Below, piece after piece: positions 1 to 7,358 of a stretch of DNA of 64,000 nt (its first letter is position 1; every line of letters begins with the position of its first letter). The notes under the pieces were generated by a model, which ran no database searches, was not told where the DNA came from, and worked only from the letters and a program-made list of their open reading frames with translations. The position numbers were made by a program, and so were the translations under genes. This DNA is from Bacillota bacterium (GTDB lineage Bacteria > Bacillota > Clostridia > Christensenellales > Pumilibacteraceae), in the NCBI GenBank assembly GCA_009783985.1, contig WQVM01000001.1:7921-71920 (forward strand), written 5' to 3'.

Positions 1-43
1 GGTAGATGAGATTATAAAGCAATTAGGGCTGTCGACAGACGAA

Positions 44-2695
44 ATGGCGAGAGTTTTGTATAAAATAAAGCTTGGAGCTTGGGATGGTGACAAGCTTTCG
101 TGGTCTCATTACACAAACATAGTAGAGGGGTATTTTAAAAGACATAATGATGCCCTGCTTTCTGAGGCTCTTATCAAGCAAATATTGCAAGTGTATTGGG
201 AACTTCCATTTAAGCTAAGAAAAAAACACGCAATTTCTGGGGTAAGGGATTTTGAAAAATATATAAAATTTGAATTATTGTCAGAGCAGGCTTTAAGAGA
301 TTGCTTTTTGCTTGCAAGAGTAATACAAAAATCAAGTGTGAAAATTAAGCTTGAAAAGGTTGATAATTATTACGAGTTTAACGAAAAGAATGTTTTGTTT
401 GATATAGTAATATTGCTTTGGATGTGGCTAGAAAAAGGGGTTGCCCGAGAGCAAGATATTAGAGGACTGATTGTTTCTAACACCTTTAGCATTGCGAGAT
501 TGCTAGAAGAGTCTAGATATGAAAAGAAAAAATCACCTGACATTACAATTTTTAATAACAAATGCCCTAAGGCTTTGTACGACATTGTAGAGGCTCGGAT
601 GATTGAAATGCAGGAGATGGAAGTAAACAGGCAAATCAAAGAAACACAGTATTCGGTAATTTTGAGTGCGTGTGCAAGTTTTTTTGGGATAAGGTTTTAT
701 GCAGAAATGTTAAAATTTTTTCAAAAAAACACCTTGCCTCGTGGAGATAACGAGTATATATGGGAAAAAACCAAAGAAGCGATTTTTGCAAAAATTCTTG
801 GCAGGGTATTACCCGCAAAGGTTGACACCTATGAAGCTTTTGTGACACTTGTCAAGGAATACAGTCTAAGTGAGAGCGACCTAGTAAAGGGTGTCTTGTA
901 TAATAGCAATCAAACGCTACTAGAGTGGACGAATAAGTATCTGGGCAAAACAGGCTTTGTTAGCTGTGTTATGTTTTTTAAGGCACATCTTAAAGATTAT
1001 GGAGTGTCGAATGCCGTGCAAGAAAAAATAGCATTGTATTCGCCGATTGCAATAGAGGACTTCAAGGATGGGGCAGTGGATGTAGATTGGTTTTGGGCGA
1101 TGAAAAATGATGTGGATGATAAGACCTTTAAGCTAGTTTATGACAACGCAAAATACATTACGGTAGCGAATTTTCATAAGCGTGCTCAGCGTTTTAATGA
1201 TGCACTGACTGGCAAGCTAACGGCGGAGGAGTGTTTAGCAAAAATCAAAGAAACTCGCAACAAAGAATTTGTCTTATATTATTCGCTAGTGCCGTTAAAA
1301 GATGATAAGGAGCTTCAGACTAGATATGAGGTTGTGCAAAAATTTTTGTTAGAATCTAGGCAGTTTGGCGTACAACGGCAGGCAAGCGAAAAAAAGGCTT
1401 GTGAGATAGCCCTAGAAAATATGGCAAGAGTGGCGGGCTATGAGGATGTGGATAGGTTTGTTTGGTTTATGGAGAGTAAGGATGCAGGCAGACTTGCATT
1501 ATGCTTTGAGCCAAAAGCTATCGGTGAGTTTGAGGCTTGCTTGCAAATTACGGATAGATTTAAGTGTAAGATAGTTGTATCTAAAAATGGCAAAGAATTG
1601 TCTAGTGTGCCAGCAGGTCTTAAAGCTAATTCGCATATTGTAGCTATCAAAGCCGAAGTGTCTACACTCAACAAACAGTCGGCAAGGGTTATCAAGTCGC
1701 TAGAGAATGCAATGGAGCGAGAAAGTATTTTTAGCTTAGATGAACTAACAACAATTGCAATAAATCCCATTATTAAACAAATCCTAAAATCGCTATTATT
1801 TATCGTAGACAAAAAAACAGTCCTATTTGATGGTGAGAGTTTTGTTGATTTGATTACAAAAAAAGTTATAAAGGCAGATAGAGTGTTTATTGCGCATCCC
1901 TATGACTTGCTTGCAAATAAATCGTGGGAGACGACACAGTGTTATTTGTTGCAGAATAAAATTAGGCAACCATTCAAGCAGGCATTTAGAGAGCTATACC
2001 CAAAGACTGATGATGAGATGGATGCGATGGAAACTAATCGTTATTACGGACATCAAGTTAATGTTAATAAGGCAATTGCCGTTGGCAAAAATCGTGGTTG
2101 GCATTCAGGCGAAAATATTGGCTTGCAAAAAGTATTTTATAAAGAAGGTATTATCGCAGTATTGTTTGGTGTATGGGATTTAGGTTATTCGTCTTTTAAT
2201 GACCATCCAACCCTATCTCAAATATATTTTGTTAAGCGTAAGGCGGAGACGGATGGTAGCTACAAAATTATCCCTATTAAGGATATCGGTGACAAAATGT
2301 TTAGTGAGATTATGCGAGATGTAGACCTAATTGTTTCAACCGCTCATCCTCAAGGCTATGATTTTGAAGAATCTCTTTCTACCGTAGAGGTGCGTCGTCA
2401 AGTTTGTCAAAGTATTATAGATTTGCTAAATCTAAGCAATGTTTGTATAGAGAAACAACATATCCACATTAAAGGAAGTTTTGGCGAATATTCGGTCAAT
2501 CTGCGTTCTGGAATAGCCGACAAAAAACTAAGTGGTAATCTAAACATTATGGCGATAAACGACTCAACGCACAATAAGCTATTTCTTAATTTTATAGACG
2601 ACAATCCAAAAACTGCCGAAATTGTTTCTAAAATGCTACTACTTGCCGACGACAAAAAAATCAAAGATGTAAATATATTAAGAGACATAGGGTGA
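44..2695 (+). CDS. Large DUF4132-family (MolR/YehH-like) protein of unknown function; frame is open to the 5' window edge, so the true start may lie upstream
   Basis: 883-aa ORF. C-terminal third carries motifs I associate with DUF4132 proteins (AHPYDL..W....QPFKQAFRELY; SEIMRDVDLIVSTA; IHIKGSFGEYSVNLRSG). No in-frame stop between nt 2 and the ATG at 44. Confidence 0.6.
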   Translation: MARVLYKIKLGAWDGDKLSWSHYTNIVEGYFKRHNDALLSEALIKQILQVYWELPFKLRKKHAISGVRDFEKYIKFELLSEQALRDCFLLARVIQKSSVKIKLEKVDNYYEFNEKNVLFDIVILLWMWLEKGVAREQDIRGLIVSNTFSIARLLEESRYEKKKSPDITIFNNKCPKALYDIVEARMIEMQEMEVNRQIKETQYSVILSACASFFGIRFYAEMLKFFQKNTLPRGDNEYIWEKTKEAIFAKILGRVLPAKVDTYEAFVTLVKEYSLSESDLVKGVLYNSNQTLLEWTNKYLGKTGFVSCVMFFKAHLKDYGVSNAVQEKIALYSPIAIEDFKDGAVDVDWFWAMKNDVDDKTFKLVYDNAKYITVANFHKRAQRFNDALTGKLTAEECLAKIKETRNKEFVLYYSLVPLKDDKELQTRYEVVQKFLLESRQFGVQRQASEKKACEIALENMARVAGYEDVDRFVWFMESKDAGRLALCFEPKAIGEFEACLQITDRFKCKIVVSKNGKELSSVPAGLKANSHIVAIKAEVSTLNKQSARVIKSLENAMERESIFSLDELTTIAINPIIKQILKSLLFIVDKKTVLFDGESFVDLITKKVIKADRVFIAHPYDLLANKSWETTQCYLLQNKIRQPFKQAFRELYPKTDDEMDAMETNRYYGHQVNVNKAIAVGKNRGWHSGENIGLQKVFYKEGIIAVLFGVWDLGYSSFNDHPTLSQIYFVKRKAETDGSYKIIPIKDIGDKMFSEIMRDVDLIVSTAHPQGYDFEESLSTVEVRRQVCQSIIDLLNLSNVCIEKQHIHIKGSFGEYSVNLRSGIADKKLSGNLNIMAINDSTHNKLFLNFIDDNPKTAEIVSKMLLLADDKKIKDVNILRDIG

Positions 2696-2742
2696 CAGTA
2701 AGGTGGAATGGCAACTATCATATTATAGACAATTAAAAAACA

Positions 2743-3144
2743 ATGAAAAACAAAATAACAATCAAAAATTATGACCAAACCCAAGATGCTGATGCAATGT
2801 TTGAGCTAATGCGGTTAGAGGGCGATTGGAATGACTATTGTGACGAACCTAATGTGGTGCGATATAAGGTTGCCCTAAAGGATAGCGTGACATTTGTACT
2901 CTATAGAGACAACACCTTGTGCGGTTTTGTTAGAGTGCGTGACGATTTTGGCTTTGGCGTATATATTCACGACCTGCTTGTAGGCAAAGCCTATCGGGGC
3001 AACGGCTACGGCAAAAAACTGATAGAGTTTGTGGCGGATAACTTTGCGGGTAATACCATATATGTAATGTCAGATGTGGACGAATATTATCGTAAGCAAG
3101 GTTATGACAAGATAGAGGGACGCATTATTATCGTAAGAAAATAG
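2743..3144 (+). CDS. GNAT family N-acetyltransferase
   Basis: 133 aa. Acetyl-CoA binding motif A-like segment HDLLVGKAYRGNGYGKKLIEF (R/Q-x-x-G-x-G/A). Confidence 0.8.
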   Translation: MKNKITIKNYDQTQDADAMFELMRLEGDWNDYCDEPNVVRYKVALKDSVTFVLYRDNTLCGFVRVRDDFGFGVYIHDLLVGKAYRGNGYGKKLIEFVADNFAGNTIYVMSDVDEYYRKQGYDKIEGRIIIVRK

Positions 3145-3176
3145 TTTTTTCAAAACACTAGGAGTTAAACAAAAAA

Positions 3177-3428
3177 ATGAAACACAGTTACAAAACAAAA
3201 GGAACTTGTGCCGTCAAAATTAACTTTAATCTGGACGGCAACATAATCAAAGACATTTCATTCGAGGGCGGTTGCAACGGCAATCTCAAAGCTGTGGCAA
3301 GCCTCGCCGACGGAATGACAATAGAACAACTGGAAAACAAATGTAAGGGAATTGTTTGCGGTTTTCGCTCCACCTCATGCGCCGACCAATTAACAATAGC
3401 CGCCCGTCAAGCATTTGAAAACAAGTAG
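3177..3428 (+). CDS. TSCPD-domain small protein (TIGR03905-like)
   Basis: 83 aa. GTCA...FEGGCNGN...C.G..CG.R.TSCADQL pattern typical of the 4-Cys TSCPD family. AGGAG RBS 12 nt upstream. Confidence 0.7.
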   Translation: MKHSYKTKGTCAVKINFNLDGNIIKDISFEGGCNGNLKAVASLADGMTIEQLENKCKGIVCGFRSTSCADQLTIAARQAFENK

Positions 3429-3580
3429 CCAACATGATAAAACTAGCCATATTAGACAAATAAACCCTGCCCCAAAATCTGAACTGACCCCTTAAAAGTA
3501 GACACAACCCTATGGTATATAGTATGAACCCCGTTTGGTGGACAGTTAAATAAAAACCCTATGATACGATATACTTTGTA

Positions 3581-3615
3581 TTTCCCTTACAGGCTACTGT
3601 AAGGGAAATTTTTTG
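3581..3615 (+). terminator. Rho-independent terminator
   Basis: 12-bp stem TTTCCCTTACAG / CTGTAAGGGAAA, loop GCTA, followed by TTTTTT. Confidence 0.8.
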
Positions 3616-3995
3616 TTGCCGAATTTCAAACGGCGTTGCTTGTGTTTTAATTGTATCCTTTCGCAATCTAAGACGAATAACATAGACACCTAACAGCAAA
3701 AGCATTTAAGCAAAATCAGCATTAAGCAGCACGGATGACAGCAATAGCAAAAGCAGGGCTTAGGCAAGCATTTTGGGCGTGAGCAGACAGTATTGCTTTT
3801 TACAACAAGCAACTTTCCGCAAATGTCAATTTCCACCTTAGATTGATTATAAATATATCCGCTTTTGTTAGTTTTCATCTGTTCATTGTATGAACTCTAT
3901 ACATAAGCGGTGCATAGAATGACAATGAGAAACGCGAATCTCTTTTACATACTGCGCCCTAAAAAAGGGTGTAGTTTGTAGTATGAGGAGGGCTT

Positions 3996-5405
3996 ATGCC
4001 AAATATAACAGGAGGGGTCTATTACGACCCGAATAGAACAAAAGCAGCACTAGATAGTCAAAGACTGGGTAATTATGTTGTCATTTTGCAAAACACGCAA
4101 ACGCTGGAGTATAGTGCAGTTATGGCAAATGCAAATTCGCCAGGCTATGAATTTAGAAGTGTGCCTGCCGGAGAATACTCGATAGCAGTATACAAAACTT
4201 TTGACGGCATTATCGGTAGCGGCGATTGGACTGGAGAACAAGGAACAGAAGCTATAAAAAGTATTGCACCTACCTATGAGGAATTATCTAGTGATAGAAC
4301 TCTGCCCGACGGAGCAAACGCAACGGCATTTGTAGGGGCGGCGACAATAAAAACAATGTTTGGTTCAGACACATTAGACAGCCAAAACTTTTTTATTGCT
4401 CCGGCAAGCTATAGAGCAGCACCCGTGGACATTAGCAAAAAAATAGGCGATATTAACTTAGTGACCGATTTTGATAACGGCAAATTTGTTCCGCAACCCA
4501 TCGGCTTCACAGACATTTCGCCAAGTGCTATGCCATACCCGATTGGCAGTGCTTTTGCTTACACGCAATTGACGGCAGGAATGATTCAGCCCGAACACTG
4601 GACTATGGTCAACAAGCTGTCAACCAATCCAAGATGCGTCGGCAACGAATGGTGGAGAGTAGCAAACCATAGCGGCGATGAAACAAGCTCTATGGTGCTT
4701 ATGCGAAGCGGAATGAATGTTGATGTGCCAATTCTAAGAACGACAATCAATGTTAACCCAAACACTAATTATAGATTTAGTTTTTGGGCTATGAGGTTTG
4801 AAAAGTTTACGCCCGATGCTTTTGCGTTTAAGATGAGGGCAGTAGACGAAAGCGATGACATTGTTGCTGAAGCGATAACCGACCCGCTTTTGCTAGGTAC
4901 GGATTTCCCTATTTGGACGCAATATGCACTAGATTTTAACAGCGGCTCAAACGGCATAATAAATCTTTCAATCAATATTATGAACACGAATGCGTTCTTT
5001 GCTTTTGACAGTATAGCACTAAATGCGGTTGTCGACAGACCAGTTATAATAAATCAATCAAATGTAGGACTTGACCTTTGTGATACACCTGTCACCATAG
5101 CAAGCAATGAGACGGTGGCAGAGGAACTGAAGTTATCTCTTAAAAAATACCAAAGCTGTCCGCTGTATGTTGTAGGCATGACAATGAAATATTGCGTAGA
5201 GGTAACAAACGATAGTTCAGTTCCGTTGTACGATTTAAGATGGAGCGACCTATTAGACTCAAAGCTAACTTATGTAACAGGGTCGTTCAAAGTTGATGGG
5301 GTAGACCAAACTCCGACAATCATAGGTCAAGAGTTATCATATATGATTGATACCATTGCGTCAGGGCAAACAATAGAGATTTGCTTTAGTGCGATTGTAG
5401 GGTAA
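3996..5405 (+). CDS. Multidomain protein: N-terminal Ig-like/SdrD-B-like region, central jelly-roll (CBM4/9-like) region, C-terminal DUF11 repeat domain; no signal peptide
   Basis: 469 aa. C-terminus KYCVEVTNDSSVPLYDLRWSDLLDSKLTYVTGSFKVDG...LSYMIDTIASGQTIEICFSAIV fits the DUF11/TIGR01451 pattern. GAGGAGGG RBS. Confidence 0.5.
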   Translation: MPNITGGVYYDPNRTKAALDSQRLGNYVVILQNTQTLEYSAVMANANSPGYEFRSVPAGEYSIAVYKTFDGIIGSGDWTGEQGTEAIKSIAPTYEELSSDRTLPDGANATAFVGAATIKTMFGSDTLDSQNFFIAPASYRAAPVDISKKIGDINLVTDFDNGKFVPQPIGFTDISPSAMPYPIGSAFAYTQLTAGMIQPEHWTMVNKLSTNPRCVGNEWWRVANHSGDETSSMVLMRSGMNVDVPILRTTINVNPNTNYRFSFWAMRFEKFTPDAFAFKMRAVDESDDIVAEAITDPLLLGTDFPIWTQYALDFNSGSNGIINLSINIMNTNAFFAFDSIALNAVVDRPVIINQSNVGLDLCDTPVTIASNETVAEELKLSLKKYQSCPLYVVGMTMKYCVEVTNDSSVPLYDLRWSDLLDSKLTYVTGSFKVDGVDQTPTIIGQELSYMIDTIASGQTIEICFSAIVG

Positions 5406-5610
5406 AGAAAAATCAAATTCTAGTGACAAAATAAACTATAAAATATGTAATACAAAGCGGCTTCACACGAGGCCGCTTAGATAGACGGTAGGGGCAATCT
5501 TGCCGTCTTTTTTATTTGACAATATTTAGAACAGGAGTATTTTACATTGGTTTTTTGTTATATTATGCTATACTATACGGGTTAGAAAATAACGGAGGAT
5601 AAACCGCAAT

Positions 5611-6102
5611 ATGCAAAATAAAGCGTTAGTAATAATAGATATACAAAACGATATAACAAAGAATTATAAGGATATTATAGACAATATAAATACAGCGGTA
5701 GATTGGGCTGTCAATAACGGCATTCATGTCGTTTATATAAGGCATGAAAATTTGTCGGCAGGGACAAGGACGCTTAAGCCCAACACACGCGGTGCTGAAT
5801 TAGCAGTTGATTTGAAAATTGCTTCGCAAAACATTTTTACAAAATATAAAACAAACGCATTGACAAGCGAGGCGTTTACGGACTTTATCACTAAAAACGA
5901 AATAAACGAATTTTACCTTGCGGGAGCGGATGCTGTCGCTTGCGTTAAATCTACTTGCTATAATTTACGCAAGGAAAATAATACGGTTTATGTTATATCT
6001 GATTGCGTAACAAGTTATGACAAAAGGAAAATTGATGAGATGCTGAAATACTATGAGAGCCAAGGCAGTACAATAATTCCTTTGAATGAGTTGTTAAAAT
6101 AA
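5611..6102 (+). CDS. Isochorismatase-family cysteine hydrolase
   Basis: 163 aa. ALVIIDIQND at the N-terminus and LAGADAVACVKST with catalytic-Cys context. GGAGG RBS. Confidence 0.8.
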   Translation: MQNKALVIIDIQNDITKNYKDIIDNINTAVDWAVNNGIHVVYIRHENLSAGTRTLKPNTRGAELAVDLKIASQNIFTKYKTNALTSEAFTDFITKNEINEFYLAGADAVACVKSTCYNLRKENNTVYVISDCVTSYDKRKIDEMLKYYESQGSTIIPLNELLK

Positions 6103-6124
6103 ACTTAGTGGCAGGCGGGGCATA

Positions 6125-6453
6125 ATGAAACGATACAAATTTAATGTAGTAATAAAAAAAGCACCCGACATGGACACGGCATATATAGAGATACTTTTTG
6201 ATGTTAAAGCGGAGTACGAGTCAAAGTACACGCAACATTTGACGGCGAACCATACGAGGGCAGTATCGTGAGGATGGGGACACCGTGCCATATTATACCG
6301 CTTCGCGGTGAAATCTCCATCGACTCGGTCATACGCAAGCAAGCTTGCGTGCGACCCTCGCCTCAGTCGATTATAGGTATTCGCAAGGATATACGAGCCA
6401 AGATAAACAAGCAAGCGGGCGACACCGTAAGCGTGACGATAATTGAAAGGTAA
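6125..6453 (+). pseudogene. DUF1905-family gene disrupted by a frameshift (near 6216) and carrying an in-frame 78-nt insertion (6298-6375)
   Basis: Frame A reads [31 protein letters not shown]... and stops at 6269-6271. Frame B reads (S)[29 protein letters not shown][26-aa insert][25 protein letters not shown]. Joined, they reproduce the DUF1905 consensus as I remember it. Confidence 0.6.
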
Positions 6454-6461
6454 ATACAATA

Positions 6462-6716
6462 ATGATAGAAAATAACGATTTACTATTAAATATAGATAAT
6501 ATACATACGACGCCGATGGGGGCGGAGCGGATAAGACGCAATCTTAAATTAAGCGCCGTTGATGTTGTAGCATATTGTAAAAAGCAAATACAAGAGGCGG
6601 GCGAGATAACCCGTAAGGGCAAAAACTGGTACGCATACACGGGCAGTGCAATAATAACAGTCAATGCACATAGTTTTACAATCATAACGGCACATTTGCA
6701 ACCGAACGAAAAGTAA
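6462..6716 (+). CDS. DUF3781 domain protein
   Basis: 84 aa. HTTPMGAERIRRNL...VVAYCKKQI...ITRKGKNWY...ITVNAHSFTIITAH matches my recollection of DUF3781. Confidence 0.65.
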   Translation: MIENNDLLLNIDNIHTTPMGAERIRRNLKLSAVDVVAYCKKQIQEAGEITRKGKNWYAYTGSAIITVNAHSFTIITAHLQPNEK

Positions 6717-6811
6717 CAAGACGGAAAGTAACCAGAACGAAAAGTAACCATTTGCCTATGTTCATATCCTAAACATAAAAACGGCAAAGTGAAACCCGAA
6801 CGAAAAGTAAC
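6704..6811. repeat. Five copies of direct-repeat motif (G/A)ACG(A)AAAGTAAC
   Basis: Exact GAACGAAAAGTAAC at 6704, 6735 and 6798. Degenerate copies at 6721 (ACGGAAAGTAAC) and 6781 (ACGGCAAAGTGAAAC). Exact-copy spacings are 31 and 63 nt. Confidence 0.7.
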
Positions 6812-6851
6812 CGAGTTTAGCAAAAATAGCGTAAATCAAGGCAAAAAGGCA

Positions 6852-6890
6852 CAGAAAAACACGACTGAACGAACTCCGTTCTGTCGTGTC
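6852..6890 (-). terminator. Rho-independent terminator downstream of the tRNA-Tyr/tRNA-Leu unit
   Basis: On the minus strand: stem ACACGAC ... GTCGTGT followed by TTTTTCT. Confidence 0.7.
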
Positions 6891-6894
6891 TTGA

Positions 6895-6976
6895 TGGTGC
6901 GGTCAGAGGGACTTGAACCCTCACGCTCTCGCATACGCCCCTCAAGCGTACGTGTCTGCCATTCCACCATGACCGC
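6895..6976 (-). tRNA. tRNA-Leu (anticodon GAG), CCA encoded
   Basis: Hand-folded cloverleaf: acceptor GCGGTCA/TGACCGC, anticodon stem TACGC/GCGTA with loop TTGAGGG, 11-nt variable arm, T-arm GAGGG-TTCAAGT-CCCTC, then A-CCA. Confidence 0.85.
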
Positions 6977-7000
6977 AAGGGTAAAAGAGAAGAGTTTTTT

Positions 7001-7038
7001 GTACGACAGGAGTGATTTGAATATCACTCCTGTCGTAC
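7001..7038 (-). other. Perfect 16-bp hairpin in the spacer between tRNA-Tyr and tRNA-Leu
   Basis: GTACGACAGGAGTGAT-TTGAAT-ATCACTCCTGTCGTAC. No U-tract follows it on the transcribed (minus) strand. Confidence 0.7.
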
Positions 7039-7041
7039 TTG

Positions 7042-7126
7042 TGGTGGATGGTGGTGGTTTCGAACCACCGTAGGCAGAGCCGTCAGATTTACAGTCTGAT
7101 CCCTTTGGCCACTCGGGCAACCATCC
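7042..7126 (-). tRNA. tRNA-Tyr (anticodon GTA), CCA encoded
   Basis: Minus strand reads GGATGGTTGCCCGAGTGG...GACTGTAAATC...long variable arm...GGTGGTTCGAAACCACCACCATCCACCA. Confidence 0.85.
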
Positions 7127-7258
7127 ATGTAATTAGGGGATAGAGGAAAGGTGAATAAGGAATGGGGCAAATTACATAACGAAGTATATTATACAGCAAC
7201 TATTAGCAATAAGTCAATCGTTTGGTATGGTGTATAAAAATTTTGTTGTCATAATCTC

Positions 7259-7288
7259 TTGACAAATCGTTTTGTTTTGTGACATAAT
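7259..7288 (+). promoter_or_regulatory. Sigma-A type promoter for the glutamine synthetase gene
   Basis: TTGACA (7259-7264), 18-nt spacer, CATAAT (7283-7288). Confidence 0.5.
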
Positions 7289-7304
7289 AGAATTCTAATC
7301 ATGA

Positions 7305-7343
7305 GATTGCTTCGTCGTTGCAACTCCTCGCAATGACGAAGAC
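7305..7343. repeat. Half copy of the box1/box2 palindromic repeat family in the glnN 5' leader
   Basis: GATTGCTTCGTCGTTGCAACTCCTCGCAATGACGAAGAC resembles the right arm of the copy at 57238-57274. It folds on itself (CTTCGTC/GACGAAG). Confidence 0.7.
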
Positions 7344-7358
7344 TTGGAAGGTACACTA

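Noticed and set aside
3690-3878. 62-aa cysteine-rich ORF (…CFCYCCHPCCLMLILLKCFCC) divergent from the DUF11 gene
   Set aside because: The Cys codons arise from an AGCA/TGCT low-complexity tract. There is no SD sequence before the ATG and no recognisable family. Treated as non-coding, though a spore-coat-like Cys-rich peptide cannot be fully excluded.
6094-6823. Minus-strand ORFs 6094-6459 (121 aa) and 6371-6823 (150 aa)
   Set aside because: They are antisense to the DUF1905 remnant and the DUF3781 gene and run over the repeat array. The plus-strand genes have recognisable family signatures.
6789-7120. ORFs 6789-7073 (+) and 6836-7120 (-), 94 aa each
   Set aside because: Both are translations across the tRNA-Leu(GAG) and tRNA-Tyr genes and their spacer and terminator. 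No RBS. They are artefacts of tRNA sequence.
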